Assembly: GCA_040265175.1 (NCBI GenBank)
Contig: JBDQGY010000001.1
Location: forward strand, 1-54,254
Source of the DNA: Nannocystaceae bacterium
GTDB lineage: Bacteria; Myxococcota_A; Polyangia; Nannocystales; Nannocystaceae
DNA length: 54,254 nt
Reading direction: 5' to 3'
The notes under the pieces were generated by a model. It did not search any database. It saw only the letters and a list, made by a program, of their open reading frames with translations, and was not told where the DNA came from. Numbering within the stretch: position 1 is the first letter of the stretch; each line of letters starts with the position of its first letter. Positions 41,719-52,198 of this stretch are shown here, in pieces. The translations under genes were made by a program, and so were the position numbers.

Positions 41719-42581
41719 GGGGCGTCCGCATCTCTTGTTAACGCGACGATGTCGGCGGATGTTTCGGGTCCGAGGGCACAATGCTGGAGCGCAGGAAGCG
41801 CAGTCCGCACCCTCGCCAGCTCGGCGGCGGTGGCAACTGCGGTCACGAGGCCCTCTCCGTGGGCGCGTTGAGCCATCACATCACCCCAAGGGCCAATGAT
41901 GGCGGAGTGGCCCCAACTCTCCCGACCCGGCGCATGGACTCCGTCTTGCGCGGGGGCCAGCATAAAGGCCTGGTTCTCGACCGCACGGGCCCGCAGCAGC
42001 AATTCCCAGTGGGCCGCTCCCGTGGGGAACGTGAAGGCGGACGGCGCCAGTAGGATGTGAGCATCAGCACGGGCGAGGCAACGATAGTGTTCTGGAAAGC
42101 GAAGGTCGTAGCAGATCCCCAGGCCGAGGCGGACGCCCTCCCAATCCACGACCAGCGGGCGCGCCCCCGGGGCCGTCGTGTCCATCTCCGTGAGCAGATC
42201 TCCGCCGGGCATGGTGGCGTGAAACCGGTGAATCTTGTCGTAGCGCGCGACCACTACGCCGCGACGGAGCGCGAGCATGGCGTTGGCGTGCCGACCCGAC
42301 CCCGCATCGATGGGCTGCCCACCGAGCAGTAGCACCCCGCTAAAGTCGCGTGTAGCCGCCAAGAACGGCGCAACAGCGGGGGACTCCTCGACTCGCTGAG
42401 GGTCTGCGATGCAGGGCGGAAGCGCCCCGTTGGCCGAAATCCCGGCGTAGTTCTCCGGGAGTGCGATGACATCAGCGCCATGGGCGATGGCTTTACGGAC
42501 CCACGAGATGGCGCGATCTAGATTCGCGCGTACGTCGTCGGTGACTTGGAGTTGCACGGCGGCTAGGCGAACGTCGCGCAT
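41715..42581 (-). CDS. Carbon-nitrogen hydrolase family protein (nitrilase/Nit-like)
   Basis: ATG 42581. The Glu-Lys-Cys triad contexts are ALPENYAG, RYDKIHRF and GICYDLRFPE. Confidence 0.88.
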   Translation of the reverse strand: MRDVRLAAVQLQVTDDVRANLDRAISWVRKAIAHGADVIALPENYAGISANGALPPCIADPQRVEESPAVAPFLAATRDFSGVLLLGGQPIDAGSGRHANAMLALRRGVVVARYDKIHRFHATMPGGDLLTEMDTTAPGARPLVVDWEGVRLGLGICYDLRFPEHYRCLARADAHILLAPSAFTFPTGAAHWELLLRARAVENQAFMLAPAQDGVHAPGRESWGHSAIIGPWGDVMAQRAHGEGLVTAVATAAELARVRTALPALQHCALGPETSADIVALTRDADAP

Positions 42582-42642
42582 GCCCCACCATAACGGGTGA
42601 GGACGCCCTCTGAGAAGGTTTTTTCGGCCACCATGGGCGCTC

Positions 42643-42671
42643 TTGCGAGCCCTGACGCCTTGTGGTAGCTA
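42643..42671 (+). promoter_or_regulatory. Candidate sigma-70 promoter for the rimP-nusA operon leader
   Basis: TTGCGA (42643-42648), a 17-nt spacer ending TGG, then TAGCTA (42666-42671). Sequence match only. Confidence 0.3.
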
Positions 42672-42699
42672 AGGCCGGTCCACAGAACTCCCATTGAGG

Positions 42700-42729
42700 G
42701 AGCGGGGGTTCGCCTCCGCTCTTTTTTTT
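42700..42729 (+). terminator. Strong intrinsic terminator/attenuator hairpin 10 nt upstream of the rimP start
   Basis: Stem GAGCGGGGG (42700-42708) / CCTCCGCTC (42713-42721), 8 Watson-Crick pairs plus 1 G-U, TTCG loop, then T8 (42722-42729). Confidence 0.6.
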
Positions 42730-42739
42730 CGCGCTCATC

Positions 42740-43294
42740 ATGACTTCCACCGACCTTCAACCCAACTCCATTGGCCTCGGCCGACGCATAGAAGACCTCT
42801 TAGGTCCGACGGCGGCGTCCTTTGGCTACGAGATCGTGGCGTTGGCGTGGAAATCGGGCAAAAGCCAGCTTTTGCAGGTGTTCCTCGATGGACCAGACGG
42901 CGTGACCATTGACGCCTGCGCGAAGATGAGCCGTATGTTTAGCCAGGTGCTCGATGCGGCGGAGACGTCGGGAGAGCAGCCAGAGTTGGCCAGGGCGCTC
43001 GCTCGGGCCTACAGCCTCGAGGTGTCCTCGCCGGGGCTTGAGCGCCCGTTGCAAAAGCTGCAGCACTTTCAATCGTTCATTGGCCGAACGGCGAGCGTGC
43101 AGACGCGCGTGAGCCTCGACCCCGTGTCGGGCCGTAAAAAAATCAAGGGTGTGATCGACGGGGTGGATGCCTCAGCGGCCGCGCCACAAGACCCCTACGC
43201 CGGTGCCGTACATCTCATCGATTGCGACACCCAAGAAAAATTTCGGATTCCGCTCGGCGAAATCCGTCGAGCCAATCTCGTTTACGAGGGATAA
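42740..43294 (+). CDS. rimP: Ribosome maturation factor RimP
   Basis: Contains [52 protein letters not shown]. It lies upstream of nusA. Confidence 0.92.
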   Translation: MTSTDLQPNSIGLGRRIEDLLGPTAASFGYEIVALAWKSGKSQLLQVFLDGPDGVTIDACAKMSRMFSQVLDAAETSGEQPELARALARAYSLEVSSPGLERPLQKLQHFQSFIGRTASVQTRVSLDPVSGRKKIKGVIDGVDASAAAPQDPYAGAVHLIDCDTQEKFRIPLGEIRRANLVYEG

Positions 43295-43296
43295 AG

Positions 43297-44709
43297 ATGG
43301 AACAGGTCAACCTCGCTACAGTCATCGACCAAGTGTGTCAGGAAAAGCGCATCTCCAAGGATGTGCTCATTGAAACCGTGGAGCAAGCCGTGCTCCGAGC
43401 TGCAGAGAAGGTCTTCCCCGACCGACTCATGGAGGCGGAGTTCGACCTCGAAACCGGGCAAATCAAGCTCGGCGTGGTGCTCTACGTCGTCGAGGAGGTG
43501 CAGCTGCCGCTCAAGGAGTTGAGTATGGAGCAGGCCCGGCGCTCGGGGCTCGAGGCCGAGCTTGGCGACGAGCTCGTGTTCCCCATCTACTACGCGGAGG
43601 CGGACAAAAAGGAGCGAGAGGCGTTGGCGGCGGACTACCCCGAGATCCTCGCGCTGCAAACGGTGAACTCCTCTTTCGGCCGGATCGCCGCGCAGACCGC
43701 CAAACAGGTCATTATTCAGCGGGTCCGCGAAGCCGAGCGAGAGAACCTCTTCGACCAATACAAGCACCTCAAGGGCGACCTCATGACGGGCATCGTTCGT
43801 CGGTACGAGCGCGGCTCGGTGGTGGTCGAGGTGGACAACGGCAAGATCGAGGCGCTGCTCCCCGGACGGGAGCAGGTGTCGCGCGAGTCTTTGCGCCCCG
43901 GGGACCGCATCGTCGCCTACGTCAAGGACGTCGACAAGTCCTCCCGCGGCTCACAAATCATTTTGTCGAGGACTCACAAAGGCCTCGTGGAGCGGCTGTT
44001 CGCCAAGGAGGTCCCCGAGATCTTTGAGGGCATCGTTCGAATCGAAGCGTGCGCGCGCGAGCCGGGGGCCCGGTCAAAGATCGCCGTCTCCTCTCGCGAG
44101 CGAGACGTGGATCCCGTCGGCGCGTGCGTTGGGATGCGCGGCAGCCGAGTGCAGGCTGTGGTCCAAGAGCTGCGCGGTGAGAAGATCGACATCGTCCCCT
44201 TTGACGAGGACCCCGCTCGATTCGTCTGCAACGCGATTCAGCCCGCTCAGGTGACGCGCGTCCTCATCGACGCAGAGCGCCACACCATGGAGCTCGTGGT
44301 ACCCGATGACAAGCTCAGCTTGGCCATCGGCAAGCGCGGCCAAAATGTTCGCCTCGCGTCTCGTTTGACCGGGTGGCGCATCGACATCCACTCGGAGAGC
44401 AAGATCAAGGAGATGGAGTCGCGCGCTCGGGCCGAGATGGCGGCCATCGACGGCGTCGGGGAAGAATTGGCGGCGGCGCTGTTCACGGCGGGGTGGCGGA
44501 GCGTTCGAGAGCTCGCCATCGCCGACACCGAGGAGCTCGGTCGGGTGTTGTCGAACCCCACGCTCGCGGAGCAGATTGTGGAGATCGCCAACGACGCAGC
44601 CAGCGGCAAGATTAAGCTGGAGGTGGACCTCGACGCGCTTCGCGCCAGCTTGGCCGAGGAGCGAGAGGCTGCGATGATGCAATCGGAGGGGGTTGAGGAC
44701 CACGCATGA
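43297..44709 (+). CDS. nusA: Transcription termination/antitermination factor NusA
   Basis: The ORF track starts at 43222, inside rimP. ATG 43297 gives [32 protein letters not shown]1 and KH domains are present ([21 protein letters not shown]). Confidence 0.96.
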   Translation: MEQVNLATVIDQVCQEKRISKDVLIETVEQAVLRAAEKVFPDRLMEAEFDLETGQIKLGVVLYVVEEVQLPLKELSMEQARRSGLEAELGDELVFPIYYAEADKKEREALAADYPEILALQTVNSSFGRIAAQTAKQVIIQRVREAERENLFDQYKHLKGDLMTGIVRRYERGSVVVEVDNGKIEALLPGREQVSRESLRPGDRIVAYVKDVDKSSRGSQIILSRTHKGLVERLFAKEVPEIFEGIVRIEACAREPGARSKIAVSSRERDVDPVGACVGMRGSRVQAVVQELRGEKIDIVPFDEDPARFVCNAIQPAQVTRVLIDAERHTMELVVPDDKLSLAIGKRGQNVRLASRLTGWRIDIHSESKIKEMESRARAEMAAIDGVGEELAAALFTAGWRSVRELAIADTEELGRVLSNPTLAEQIVEIANDAASGKIKLEVDLDALRASLAEEREAAMMQSEGVEDHA

Positions 44710-45008
44710 GTCAACCTGAGCGTATGTGCGTTGGTTGTCGCCAACGCTTCGACCAGCGGCACCTGCTGCGCGTTCAACGGCGCACAGACGGCGAACTGCG
44801 AGTGGTGGAAGGGCAGCCGTTTGGTCGTTCCGCCTATCTTTGTCAGTCCCTCGACTGTTGGCGTATGGCCACCAGGAAAAACGCGCTCGCGCGGGCATTC
44901 CGTGCGCGAGTTCGTTGGAATCTTCTTGAATCCAGCCTCGACGCTGCTCGCGCCGGGCGCATGTCTCCCCGCGATTCACAAAGCGTCGCGGCGAAGAGGG
45001 AGAAATGA
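44706..45008 (+). CDS. ylxR: YlxR family RNA-binding protein (DUF448)
   Basis: The ATG overlaps the nusA stop (ATGA). It contains [26 protein letters not shown] and lies between nusA and infB. Confidence 0.9.
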   Translation: MSQPERMCVGCRQRFDQRHLLRVQRRTDGELRVVEGQPFGRSAYLCQSLDCWRMATRKNALARAFRARVRWNLLESSLDAARAGRMSPRDSQSVAAKREK

Positions 45009-45011
45009 ACG

Positions 45012-47909
45012 ATGGCGTCCAAAATTCGTATTCACCACCTTGCAAAGTTTGTTGGCCTTGAGAACAAGGCGCTCGTTGACCTGGTCCAACAGGACCTCGG
45101 GGTGGAAGTCAAGGGTTCTCAGTCGACGCTGACCCAGGCGCAGGCCGAGCAGGTGTGCGACAAACTCGGGGTCTCGGCGCAGGCCCGAGCCGACGTGATC
45201 GCCTCCTTCGCACCCAGCGCGAAAAGTGGGGGAGCAGCAGTCGAGAAAAAACGCACCGCCGGCGCAACACAGGAGCCGAAAGTCGCCAAGCGACGCCCAG
45301 GCATCATGCGCCGCAAGGGCTCAGGAACGCGCCCCGCCGAGCGTGAGCGGGACGAAGGGGATGAAGAGACCGCGGGGACAACGGCATCTCCCGCGCGGGT
45401 GATGGTTCGTTCGTCCGGTGCACCGTCGAGGGGCACTCGGACCTCGGACCTCCCGGCCGCCGAAGGCGCGGCCGAAGCGACGGCGAAGCCGGCTTCGCCG
45501 CCTGCGCCCGCGCGGAGCCCATCTGTCGCAGCGGCGACGGAAACGGTCCCTGAGCAAGCGGATCCCGTGTCGCCTGCGCCCGTGGCCACCGCGCCCGTGG
45601 CGCCCGTGGCGCCCGTGGCCACCGCGCCCGCGCCTCGCCCAGACGCAGGGCCCGCGCAGGTACAGGCCGCGCAGAGCTCGGGGCCCCGGCCCGGTGAGCG
45701 GATTGATCTGCCCAAGAGCACCCGCCGCTTGCCTGGCGGGATGGCGAGCCGTCTCGAGCAGGCACCGAAGCCGGCCGTGAAGGTGCCGTCGCCCTCCGCC
45801 CCGCCAAGCGAGCCCGAGGTCGTGGAAGAGGCGCCCGCAACCGCGAGCGATCTGAGCGCTGCTGAAGGCGCGGAGATTGCGGAAGAGGGCAAGGACAACC
45901 GAGGGGTGATCCGCAACCAAGAGGGCGTGATCGTCGGCATCAAGACCAAGCAGCAGGGGCCGAACATCACCGGCTTCATCAAGCTTGAGCCGCGCAAGTC
46001 CGCGCGCCAGCAGGTCATCATCACCGAGGCGAAGAAGGGTCCTGGTGGAGGCCGAGCGAGCGCGAGGAAAAAACGTGAGGAGCGAGCCCAGCGAATGAGC
46101 CGTAATCGCCCGCAGCGGCGAGACCGGTTCCGGAGCGGCCCTCCCCAGATCAACACAGTGGAGATGAGCGAGGCCAAGCGACGCATCCGCGTCGACGAGG
46201 TCATTCAGGTCAGCGACCTCGCTCACCAGATGGGCCAGAAGGCTGCGAAGATTGTTCGTGAACTATGGGGCCTCGGTCTCCGTGGCATCACCATCAACAA
46301 CGCGGTGGATCTTGAGACCGCCGAGCTCGTGGCGGAGCGCTTCGGATATACCGTCGACAACGTCGCCTTCAACGAGGAGGAGATCGTCGTGGACGAGGCG
46401 AACGACGACGAGGATCTGCGTCCTCCAGTCGTGACGGTGATGGGGCATGTGGATCACGGGAAGACGTCATTGCTTGACTACATCCGCTCCGCCGACGTCG
46501 CGGACGGCGAGGCCGGCGGAATCACTCAGCACATCGGCGCCTACCGTGTGGCGACCGCCCACGGGGACGTCGTCTTCCTCGATACACCGGGCCATGAAGC
46601 CTTCTCCTCCATGCGATCTCGTGGTGTCCAGATCACGGACATCGTGGTGCTCATCGTCGCGGCGGATGACGGCGTAATGCCCACGACCATCGAAGCCATC
46701 GAGCACGCGAAGAAGTCGGGCACGCCGATCATCGTCGCCATTAACAAATGTGACAAGCCCGAGGCGAACCCAGGGCGCGTGAAACAGATGTTCATGGAGC
46801 ATGGGATCGTGGGCGCCGAGTTTGGTGGCGACACGGAGATGGTCGAGATCTCCGCCAAGACCGGCGCGGGCGTCGACAATATGCTCGAGCTGCTGGCGCT
46901 GCAGGCAGAGGTGATGGACCTTCGGGCGCCCACTGACGGTCGCGGCGGCGGCGTGGTCATCGAGGCTCGGATGGACAAGGGGCGCGGCCCGGTGGCGACC
47001 GTGCTCGTCGAGCGAGGCACCTTGTCACGCTCCGACGTCGCAGTCGCCAATGAGTTCAGCGGCAAGGTGCGCGGCATGTACGATGATCGGGGACAAGCGA
47101 TCAGCGAGGTCGGACCTGGGACGCCGGTGGAGGTGCTCGGTCTCGACGGCGTTCCGTCGGCTGGAGATCGATTCGACGTGGTGGAAAACGAGCGCGCAGC
47201 CAAGCAGCTCGTCTCTCACCGTCGAGAGAAGCGTCGCCGCAAAGAGAGCGTCCGCGCGGGCCCGTCGGTGCACGACCTCATCGCCAAGCGGCGCATCCCC
47301 TCGGTCAAGATTGTGCTTCGGGCGGATGTGCAGGGATCGGCGGAGGCGCTCAAGGAGTCACTCGAGGCGCTGTCTACGGAGAAAGTCCGCGTGGAGGTCA
47401 TCTTCACCGGGGTGGGCGCCATCAATGAAAACGACGTCAAGTTCGCGAGCGCGGGCGAGGCGGTGATCATCGGCTTCAACTCCAAGCCCGTGGGCAAGGC
47501 CGCGACGCAGGCGGACTCTGTAGGCGTGGAGGTCCTTCAATTCAGCATCATCTACGAAGCCACCGAGCGCGTGACCGAGTTGATGATCGACCAGCTCGAT
47601 CCAGTCTTCAAGGAGAACGATATCGGCGAGGCCGAGGTTCGCCAGATCTTCTCAATTCCCAAGTTGGGGGTCGTGGCAGGTTGCCGCGTGCTTCGTGGTC
47701 GCGTGACGCGTGCCAGCCATGTGCGTGTGAAGCGTGGTGGCGAGGTGGTCTACGAGGGCGAGGTCGAATCCCTGCGATCGTTCAAGGATGACGTCAAAGA
47801 GGTCGGCGAGGGGCATGAGTGCGGCATCGTGATCGCCAACTTCCCCGGCGTCGAGGCAGAGGACATCATTGAGGCCTATGAACTCGAGAAACTCCGCGCG
47901 ACGCTCTAG
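45012..47909 (+). CDS. infB: Translation initiation factor IF-2
   Basis: A long Ala/Pro-rich N-terminal region is followed by the G domain ([28 protein letters not shown]). Confidence 0.97.
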   Translation: MASKIRIHHLAKFVGLENKALVDLVQQDLGVEVKGSQSTLTQAQAEQVCDKLGVSAQARADVIASFAPSAKSGGAAVEKKRTAGATQEPKVAKRRPGIMRRKGSGTRPAERERDEGDEETAGTTASPARVMVRSSGAPSRGTRTSDLPAAEGAAEATAKPASPPAPARSPSVAAATETVPEQADPVSPAPVATAPVAPVAPVATAPAPRPDAGPAQVQAAQSSGPRPGERIDLPKSTRRLPGGMASRLEQAPKPAVKVPSPSAPPSEPEVVEEAPATASDLSAAEGAEIAEEGKDNRGVIRNQEGVIVGIKTKQQGPNITGFIKLEPRKSARQQVIITEAKKGPGGGRASARKKREERAQRMSRNRPQRRDRFRSGPPQINTVEMSEAKRRIRVDEVIQVSDLAHQMGQKAAKIVRELWGLGLRGITINNAVDLETAELVAERFGYTVDNVAFNEEEIVVDEANDDEDLRPPVVTVMGHVDHGKTSLLDYIRSADVADGEAGGITQHIGAYRVATAHGDVVFLDTPGHEAFSSMRSRGVQITDIVVLIVAADDGVMPTTIEAIEHAKKSGTPIIVAINKCDKPEANPGRVKQMFMEHGIVGAEFGGDTEMVEISAKTGAGVDNMLELLALQAEVMDLRAPTDGRGGGVVIEARMDKGRGPVATVLVERGTLSRSDVAVANEFSGKVRGMYDDRGQAISEVGPGTPVEVLGLDGVPSAGDRFDVVENERAAKQLVSHRREKRRRKESVRAGPSVHDLIAKRRIPSVKIVLRADVQGSAEALKESLEALSTEKVRVEVIFTGVGAINENDVKFASAGEAVIIGFNSKPVGKAATQADSVGVEVLQFSIIYEATERVTELMIDQLDPVFKENDIGEAEVRQIFSIPKLGVVAGCRVLRGRVTRASHVRVKRGGEVVYEGEVESLRSFKDDVKEVGEGHECGIVIANFPGVEAEDIIEAYELEKLRATL

Positions 47910-47955
47910 ATTGAGTGAAACCGGCGCTGCGGCTGCACGGGGAGGCTGCTAGCGG

Positions 47956-48387
47956 ATGTCGCGGAGGATGCAGCGCGTGGAGGCCCTGATGCACCGTGAG
48001 GTGGCGAGCATCCTTCGCCTGGGAGAGCTCCGCGATCCGCGGGTCTCCGGGATCGCCTCCATCTCCATCACCGGCGTCTCGGTAAGCGCAGACCTCTCGC
48101 ACGCGAAAGTGTTCGTGGATGTGATGGGGGACGCGCGAGAGATCGCGAATGTGATGGCAGGGCTTGAGGCCAGTCAGACAGCGGTCCGGTCCTTGGTCGG
48201 CGCGCGGATAAAGTTACGCAAGACCCCCTCCATTCGTTTCTTCCGCGACGAGAGCATCGAGCGCGGGCATCGGATTGAGAAGGTGCTCGCGGAGCTCCGG
48301 GACGAAGCGGGCCAGCGCTCCTCGGGGAGCGGGGAGCCAGGAGAGGGCGCGTCCAACGACGCGGCGTCCGAAAAGGGCGACGGATGA
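47956..48387 (+). CDS. rbfA: Ribosome-binding factor A
   Basis: Contains RRMQRVEALMHREVASIL..DPRV..ITGVSVSADLSHAKVF..LRKTPSIRF. Confidence 0.92.
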   Translation: MSRRMQRVEALMHREVASILRLGELRDPRVSGIASISITGVSVSADLSHAKVFVDVMGDAREIANVMAGLEASQTAVRSLVGARIKLRKTPSIRFFRDESIERGHRIEKVLAELRDEAGQRSSGSGEPGEGASNDAASEKGDG

Positions 48388-49517
48388 GTCGGAGGCGCCG
48401 GGGTCCCGCACCTTTCGGGGTGTTGGCGGTGCACAAACCTGCGGGGCCTACGTCCCACGACATCGTCGCTTGGATTCGTTGGGTGCTCAAAACCCGAGAG
48501 GTCGGCCACTGCGGCACGCTCGACCCGGCAGCGACGGGGCTGTTGCTGGTGTGTGTGGGCGGCGCGACGCGCCTGGTGCCCTTGTTGACCGCCGAGGACA
48601 AAGGGTACGACGCCACGTTTGTCTTGGGGTCGACCACGGACACCCTCGACGCACAAGGACGTGTGACCGCGTGCGCGCCGGTGGACGACGCCACGATCGC
48701 GAGGGCGCGCGCTTGCGTCGAGTCGCTCAAGGGCGCGCATGCCCTGCCGCCTCCGGCATATTCGGCGGTAAAGGTGGACGGCATCCGCGCACACGATGCC
48801 GCACGCCGTGGGGCACCGCTGACGTTGGAGCCACGACCCATGGAGGTCTATGAGGTGGGGGACGTGACGCCCGTGGTCTTCGAGGGCGCTGACGGGCGCG
48901 CTCCCGCGATTCAAGCGCGCTTGCGCGTGCGGAAAGGGACGTACATTCGCAGCCTCGCCGCGCTGGTGGGTGAGCGTGTGGGGGTTCCCTGCCATCTCGG
49001 CGCCCTGGATCGAACGGCGTGTGGCGCCACCCGAGCCGATCACCCGGGGCTGCTGCGGCCCACGGCCAGTCCGCCGCCCGAGGAATTGCGGGAGGAAGGG
49101 CAGGGCGATTTGAGCGGGACGAAGCGCAAGCCTCGCGGATGGCGCCTCTCGGTGGGAGGCGATCGCGAATCGCAGCACACCGCAGTTCTCGCGGCGATGT
49201 GCGCGCCGTGGCCCTTGCTGCCCGTCGAATCGGTGCTCGCCACGGGTCCTCTCGAGGTGGAGTTTGAGCGGCTTGGCCACGGGCAGCGCCTCGGGCCAAG
49301 CTCTGCGCTCGGTCAGGCCCTCGCCCCGCAGGCCGGAGGAGAGGGCGCCCTCGCGGAAATACCGAAAAGCGCGATGCGCGCAACCGGGGTATCCGCGGAC
49401 GCAGGCCGTCGCGCCGTGGTGGTCGCTGCGGAGGATCGACCTGAATTACCTGCGGCGATCGTCGTCAGAATTGAGCCGTCGGGGAGGATCTGCCCGGATC
49501 GGGTAATCCGGCGTTGA
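48384..49517 (+). CDS. truB: tRNA pseudouridine(55) synthase TruB (extended C-terminus)
   Basis: The ATG overlaps the rbfA stop (ATGA). It contains [17 protein letters not shown] and [23 protein letters not shown]. Confidence 0.92.
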   Translation: MSRRRRGPAPFGVLAVHKPAGPTSHDIVAWIRWVLKTREVGHCGTLDPAATGLLLVCVGGATRLVPLLTAEDKGYDATFVLGSTTDTLDAQGRVTACAPVDDATIARARACVESLKGAHALPPPAYSAVKVDGIRAHDAARRGAPLTLEPRPMEVYEVGDVTPVVFEGADGRAPAIQARLRVRKGTYIRSLAALVGERVGVPCHLGALDRTACGATRADHPGLLRPTASPPPEELREEGQGDLSGTKRKPRGWRLSVGGDRESQHTAVLAAMCAPWPLLPVESVLATGPLEVEFERLGHGQRLGPSSALGQALAPQAGGEGALAEIPKSAMRATGVSADAGRRAVVVAAEDRPELPAAIVVRIEPSGRICPDRVIRR

Positions 49518-49566
49518 GCCGGTCTGCCGACCTCGCATCGGGCGTTTTGGCGGGCGCGAGAAGGAC

Positions 49567-49595
49567 TTGACAGGCCGGGTGTGGATGTGGACTAT
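49567..49595 (+). promoter_or_regulatory. Candidate sigma-70 promoter for rpsO
   Basis: Perfect -35 TTGACA (49567-49572), a 17-nt spacer, then GACTAT (49590-49595). Sequence match only. Confidence 0.35.
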
Positions 49596-49662
49596 CCGGC
49601 CTCAGTTCGAACTCAACATTTCAAGACCAAAAGGGCATGGGCCCTTTGAAAGAAGCACATCG

Positions 49663-49932
49663 ATGTCATTGTCCGCAGACCGCAAAGCCGAGATCGTCGG
49701 CAAATTCCAACAGTCACCGGGAGATACCGGCTCGCCAGAGGTGCAGATTGCCCTCTTGACGGAGCGAATCTCGCTGCTCACTGAGCACAGCAAGGTGCAC
49801 AAAAAAGACTTCCACACGCGGCGTGGGCTGCTCAAACTCGTCGGCCAGCGCCGACGCATGCTCGACTACGTCAAGTCATGTGATGTGGAGCGCTACCGCA
49901 CCGTCGTCAAGGCGCTCGGCCTCCGCAAATAG
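49663..49932 (+). CDS. rpsO: 30S ribosomal protein S15
   Basis: The ORF track starts at 49567. ATG 49663 gives [49 protein letters not shown]-type motif ([17 protein letters not shown]). Confidence 0.96.
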   Translation: MSLSADRKAEIVGKFQQSPGDTGSPEVQIALLTERISLLTEHSKVHKKDFHTRRGLLKLVGQRRRMLDYVKSCDVERYRTVVKALGLRK

Positions 49933-50031
49933 GACCCATGTCTCACCGCCCTGGTGCGCTCGAGTCCCCTGCGTTGGCAGGCGCTCGCGCAACCTGAGCG
50001 GCGAGAGCAATCGTGCCACGTCGCCCACATC

Positions 50032-50077
50032 CTCGCGGGCGGGCGGTGATGGCATCGCATCAACAAATGCCCGCGAG
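50032..50077 (+). promoter_or_regulatory. Two-tier hairpin in the rpsO-pnp intergenic leader
   Basis: Outer stem CTCGCGGGC (50032-50040) / GCCCGCGAG (50069-50077). Inner stem TGATG (50047-50051) / CATCA (50058-50062). It ends 14 nt before the pnp ATG. Confidence 0.5.
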
Positions 50078-50091
50078 CAAAGAGAGCTGTC

Positions 50092-52197
50092 ATGGAAATT
50101 ATTCGAGAAGTTGCCAAAGTTGGCAACGTAGAAATTACCCTTGAAACCGGCAAGCTGGCCAAGCAAGCCAATTCTGTTGTCATGAGCTACGGGGGGACCG
50201 CGCTGCTGGTGACCGCCGTGTCCGGGCGACGCCCCAAGGACCTCCCGTTTTTACCGCTCACTGTGGAATACCGCGAGGCCAACGCCGCCGCAGGTAAGAT
50301 CCCCGGGGGATACTTCAAGCGAGAAGGCCGCCTCTCCGAGAAAGAGATTTTGACCTGCCGGCTCATCGACCGTCCGATTCGGCCCCTGTTCCCTAAAAGC
50401 TACCGCTGCGACACGCAGGTGATTTGCGGCCTTCACAGCTACGACAAGTCGAACGAGCCGGACGTCCTCGGAATCACGGGCGCATCGGCGGCGTTGTCCA
50501 TCAGCGACGCGCCGTGGGATGGTCCCGTGGCCGGCGTCCGCGTCGGACGTATTAACGGTGAGTTCATCGCGTTCCCGACCTTCCAGCAGATCGCGGAGAG
50601 CGACCTCAACCTCGTCGTGGCCTGCAGCGCAGACGCCATCATGATGGTGGAGGCGGGCGCGGCCGAAATCTCGGAGGCGGAGATGATCGACGCGCTGATG
50701 TTTGCGAAGGACGCCTCTGTCCCCCTCATCGAGGCGCAAGTCCGGCTCCGCGAGCGCGCCGGCAAGGCGAAGCGCGACTTCACCCCCCCTGAGGTCGACG
50801 AGGCCCTGCAAAAAGCTGTGTTCGACGTGGCGACTGCGGGTACGACCGAGGCGCTCCTCATCAAGGGCAAGCACGACCGTCACGCGGCGCTCTCCGCGGC
50901 GGGCAAGGAGAGCACCGCGGCGCTTCGCGAGGCGCACCCTGACCGCATCGAGGAGATTGACGCGGCGCTCAGCACTCTTGAGAAGCGACTTGTCCGCAAC
51001 AAGGTGGTCGATACCCACGTGCGCATCGATGGCCGCGCGCTCGACGAAATTCGTCCTATCTTTGTGCAAGCGCGCCCCTATGAGCGCCCGCATGGGTCGG
51101 CGGTCTTCCAACGCGGCGAGACCCAAGCCTTCGTGACCACGACGCTCGGGACGGAGCGAGACGCTCAGCGACTCGACACCGTACACGGCGACGTTCACCG
51201 CAGCTTCTTGTTGCACTACAACTTCCCTCCGTTCTGTACGGGCGAGGCGAGGCCTCTTCGTGGACAGTCCCGCCGAGAGATCGGCCACGGCGCACTCGCG
51301 GAGCGAGCGCTCTCGGGAATCCTGCCCTCCAAGGACGACTTCCCCTACACCATCCGAATCGTGTCGGACACGCTCGAGTCCAACGGATCCTCGTCGATGG
51401 CCGCGGTGTGTGGCGGCTGCTTGAGCCTTATGGATGCCGGCGTGCCGATCAAGGCGCCCGTCGCAGGTATCGCCATGGGTCTGATCCAAGAGGGCGACAA
51501 AATCGCCGTGCTCTCGGACATCCTCGGAGATGAGGATCACCTCGGAGACATGGACTTCAAGGTGACCGGGACCAAGGACGGCATCACGGCCTTGCAGATG
51601 GACATCAAGGTGAAGGGGCTCAGCCGCAAGATCCTTGAGGACGCGCTAGCGCAAGCGCAGCGTGGCCGCCTCCACATCCTTGAGAAGATGCTCGAAGAAC
51701 TGCCCGAGCCGCGCTCCGATCTGAGCAACTTCGCGCCGCGCATCGAGAGCATGTACGTCAAGGTCGATCAGATCCGCGACGTCATTGGGCCCGGTGGCAA
51801 AGTGATCCGCGGGATCATCGAGCAGACCGGATGTGACATCAACATTGATGACACCGGCCGCGTTCAGATCGCGTCTGATGATCGCGACGCCATCGAGAAA
51901 GCCAAGCGCATCATCGAAGGGCTCACCTACGAGCCTGAGGTGGGGTCTTGCTACAATGGCCTCGTGAAGCGCGTGGTGGACTTCGGGGCGTTCGTGGAGA
52001 TCCTCCCGGGAACCGACGGCCTTGTTCACGTGTCTGAGCTGGAGAACCGCCGCGTAGAGAACGTCACGGACGTGCTCAACGAGGGGGACGATGTGGTCGT
52101 CAAGGTGCTCAAGGTCGACGACAACGGCAAGATCCGACTGAGCCGCAAGGCGGCGTTCGGGGTCGATCCCGACGAAATCCTCAACATGCGAGGGTAG
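50092..52197 (+). CDS. pnp: Polyribonucleotide nucleotidyltransferase (PNPase)
   Basis: It has two RNase PH domains, a KH domain (IGPGGKVIRGIIEQTG) and an S1 domain (VVDFGAFVEILPGTDGLVHVSEL). Confidence 0.97.
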   Translation: MEIIREVAKVGNVEITLETGKLAKQANSVVMSYGGTALLVTAVSGRRPKDLPFLPLTVEYREANAAAGKIPGGYFKREGRLSEKEILTCRLIDRPIRPLFPKSYRCDTQVICGLHSYDKSNEPDVLGITGASAALSISDAPWDGPVAGVRVGRINGEFIAFPTFQQIAESDLNLVVACSADAIMMVEAGAAEISEAEMIDALMFAKDASVPLIEAQVRLRERAGKAKRDFTPPEVDEALQKAVFDVATAGTTEALLIKGKHDRHAALSAAGKESTAALREAHPDRIEEIDAALSTLEKRLVRNKVVDTHVRIDGRALDEIRPIFVQARPYERPHGSAVFQRGETQAFVTTTLGTERDAQRLDTVHGDVHRSFLLHYNFPPFCTGEARPLRGQSRREIGHGALAERALSGILPSKDDFPYTIRIVSDTLESNGSSSMAAVCGGCLSLMDAGVPIKAPVAGIAMGLIQEGDKIAVLSDILGDEDHLGDMDFKVTGTKDGITALQMDIKVKGLSRKILEDALAQAQRGRLHILEKMLEELPEPRSDLSNFAPRIESMYVKVDQIRDVIGPGGKVIRGIIEQTGCDINIDDTGRVQIASDDRDAIEKAKRIIEGLTYEPEVGSCYNGLVKRVVDFGAFVEILPGTDGLVHVSELENRRVENVTDVLNEGDDVVVKVLKVDDNGKIRLSRKAAFGVDPDEILNMRG

Positions 52198-52198
52198 G

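Noticed and set aside
42698-42722. tRNA-like T-arm sequence GGGGGTTCGCCTCC upstream of rimP (E. coli has metY tRNA in this position)
   Set aside because: The flanks cannot form a T-stem with a 7-nt loop. I could build no acceptor, D or anticodon arms. The sequence is better explained as a terminator hairpin followed by T8.
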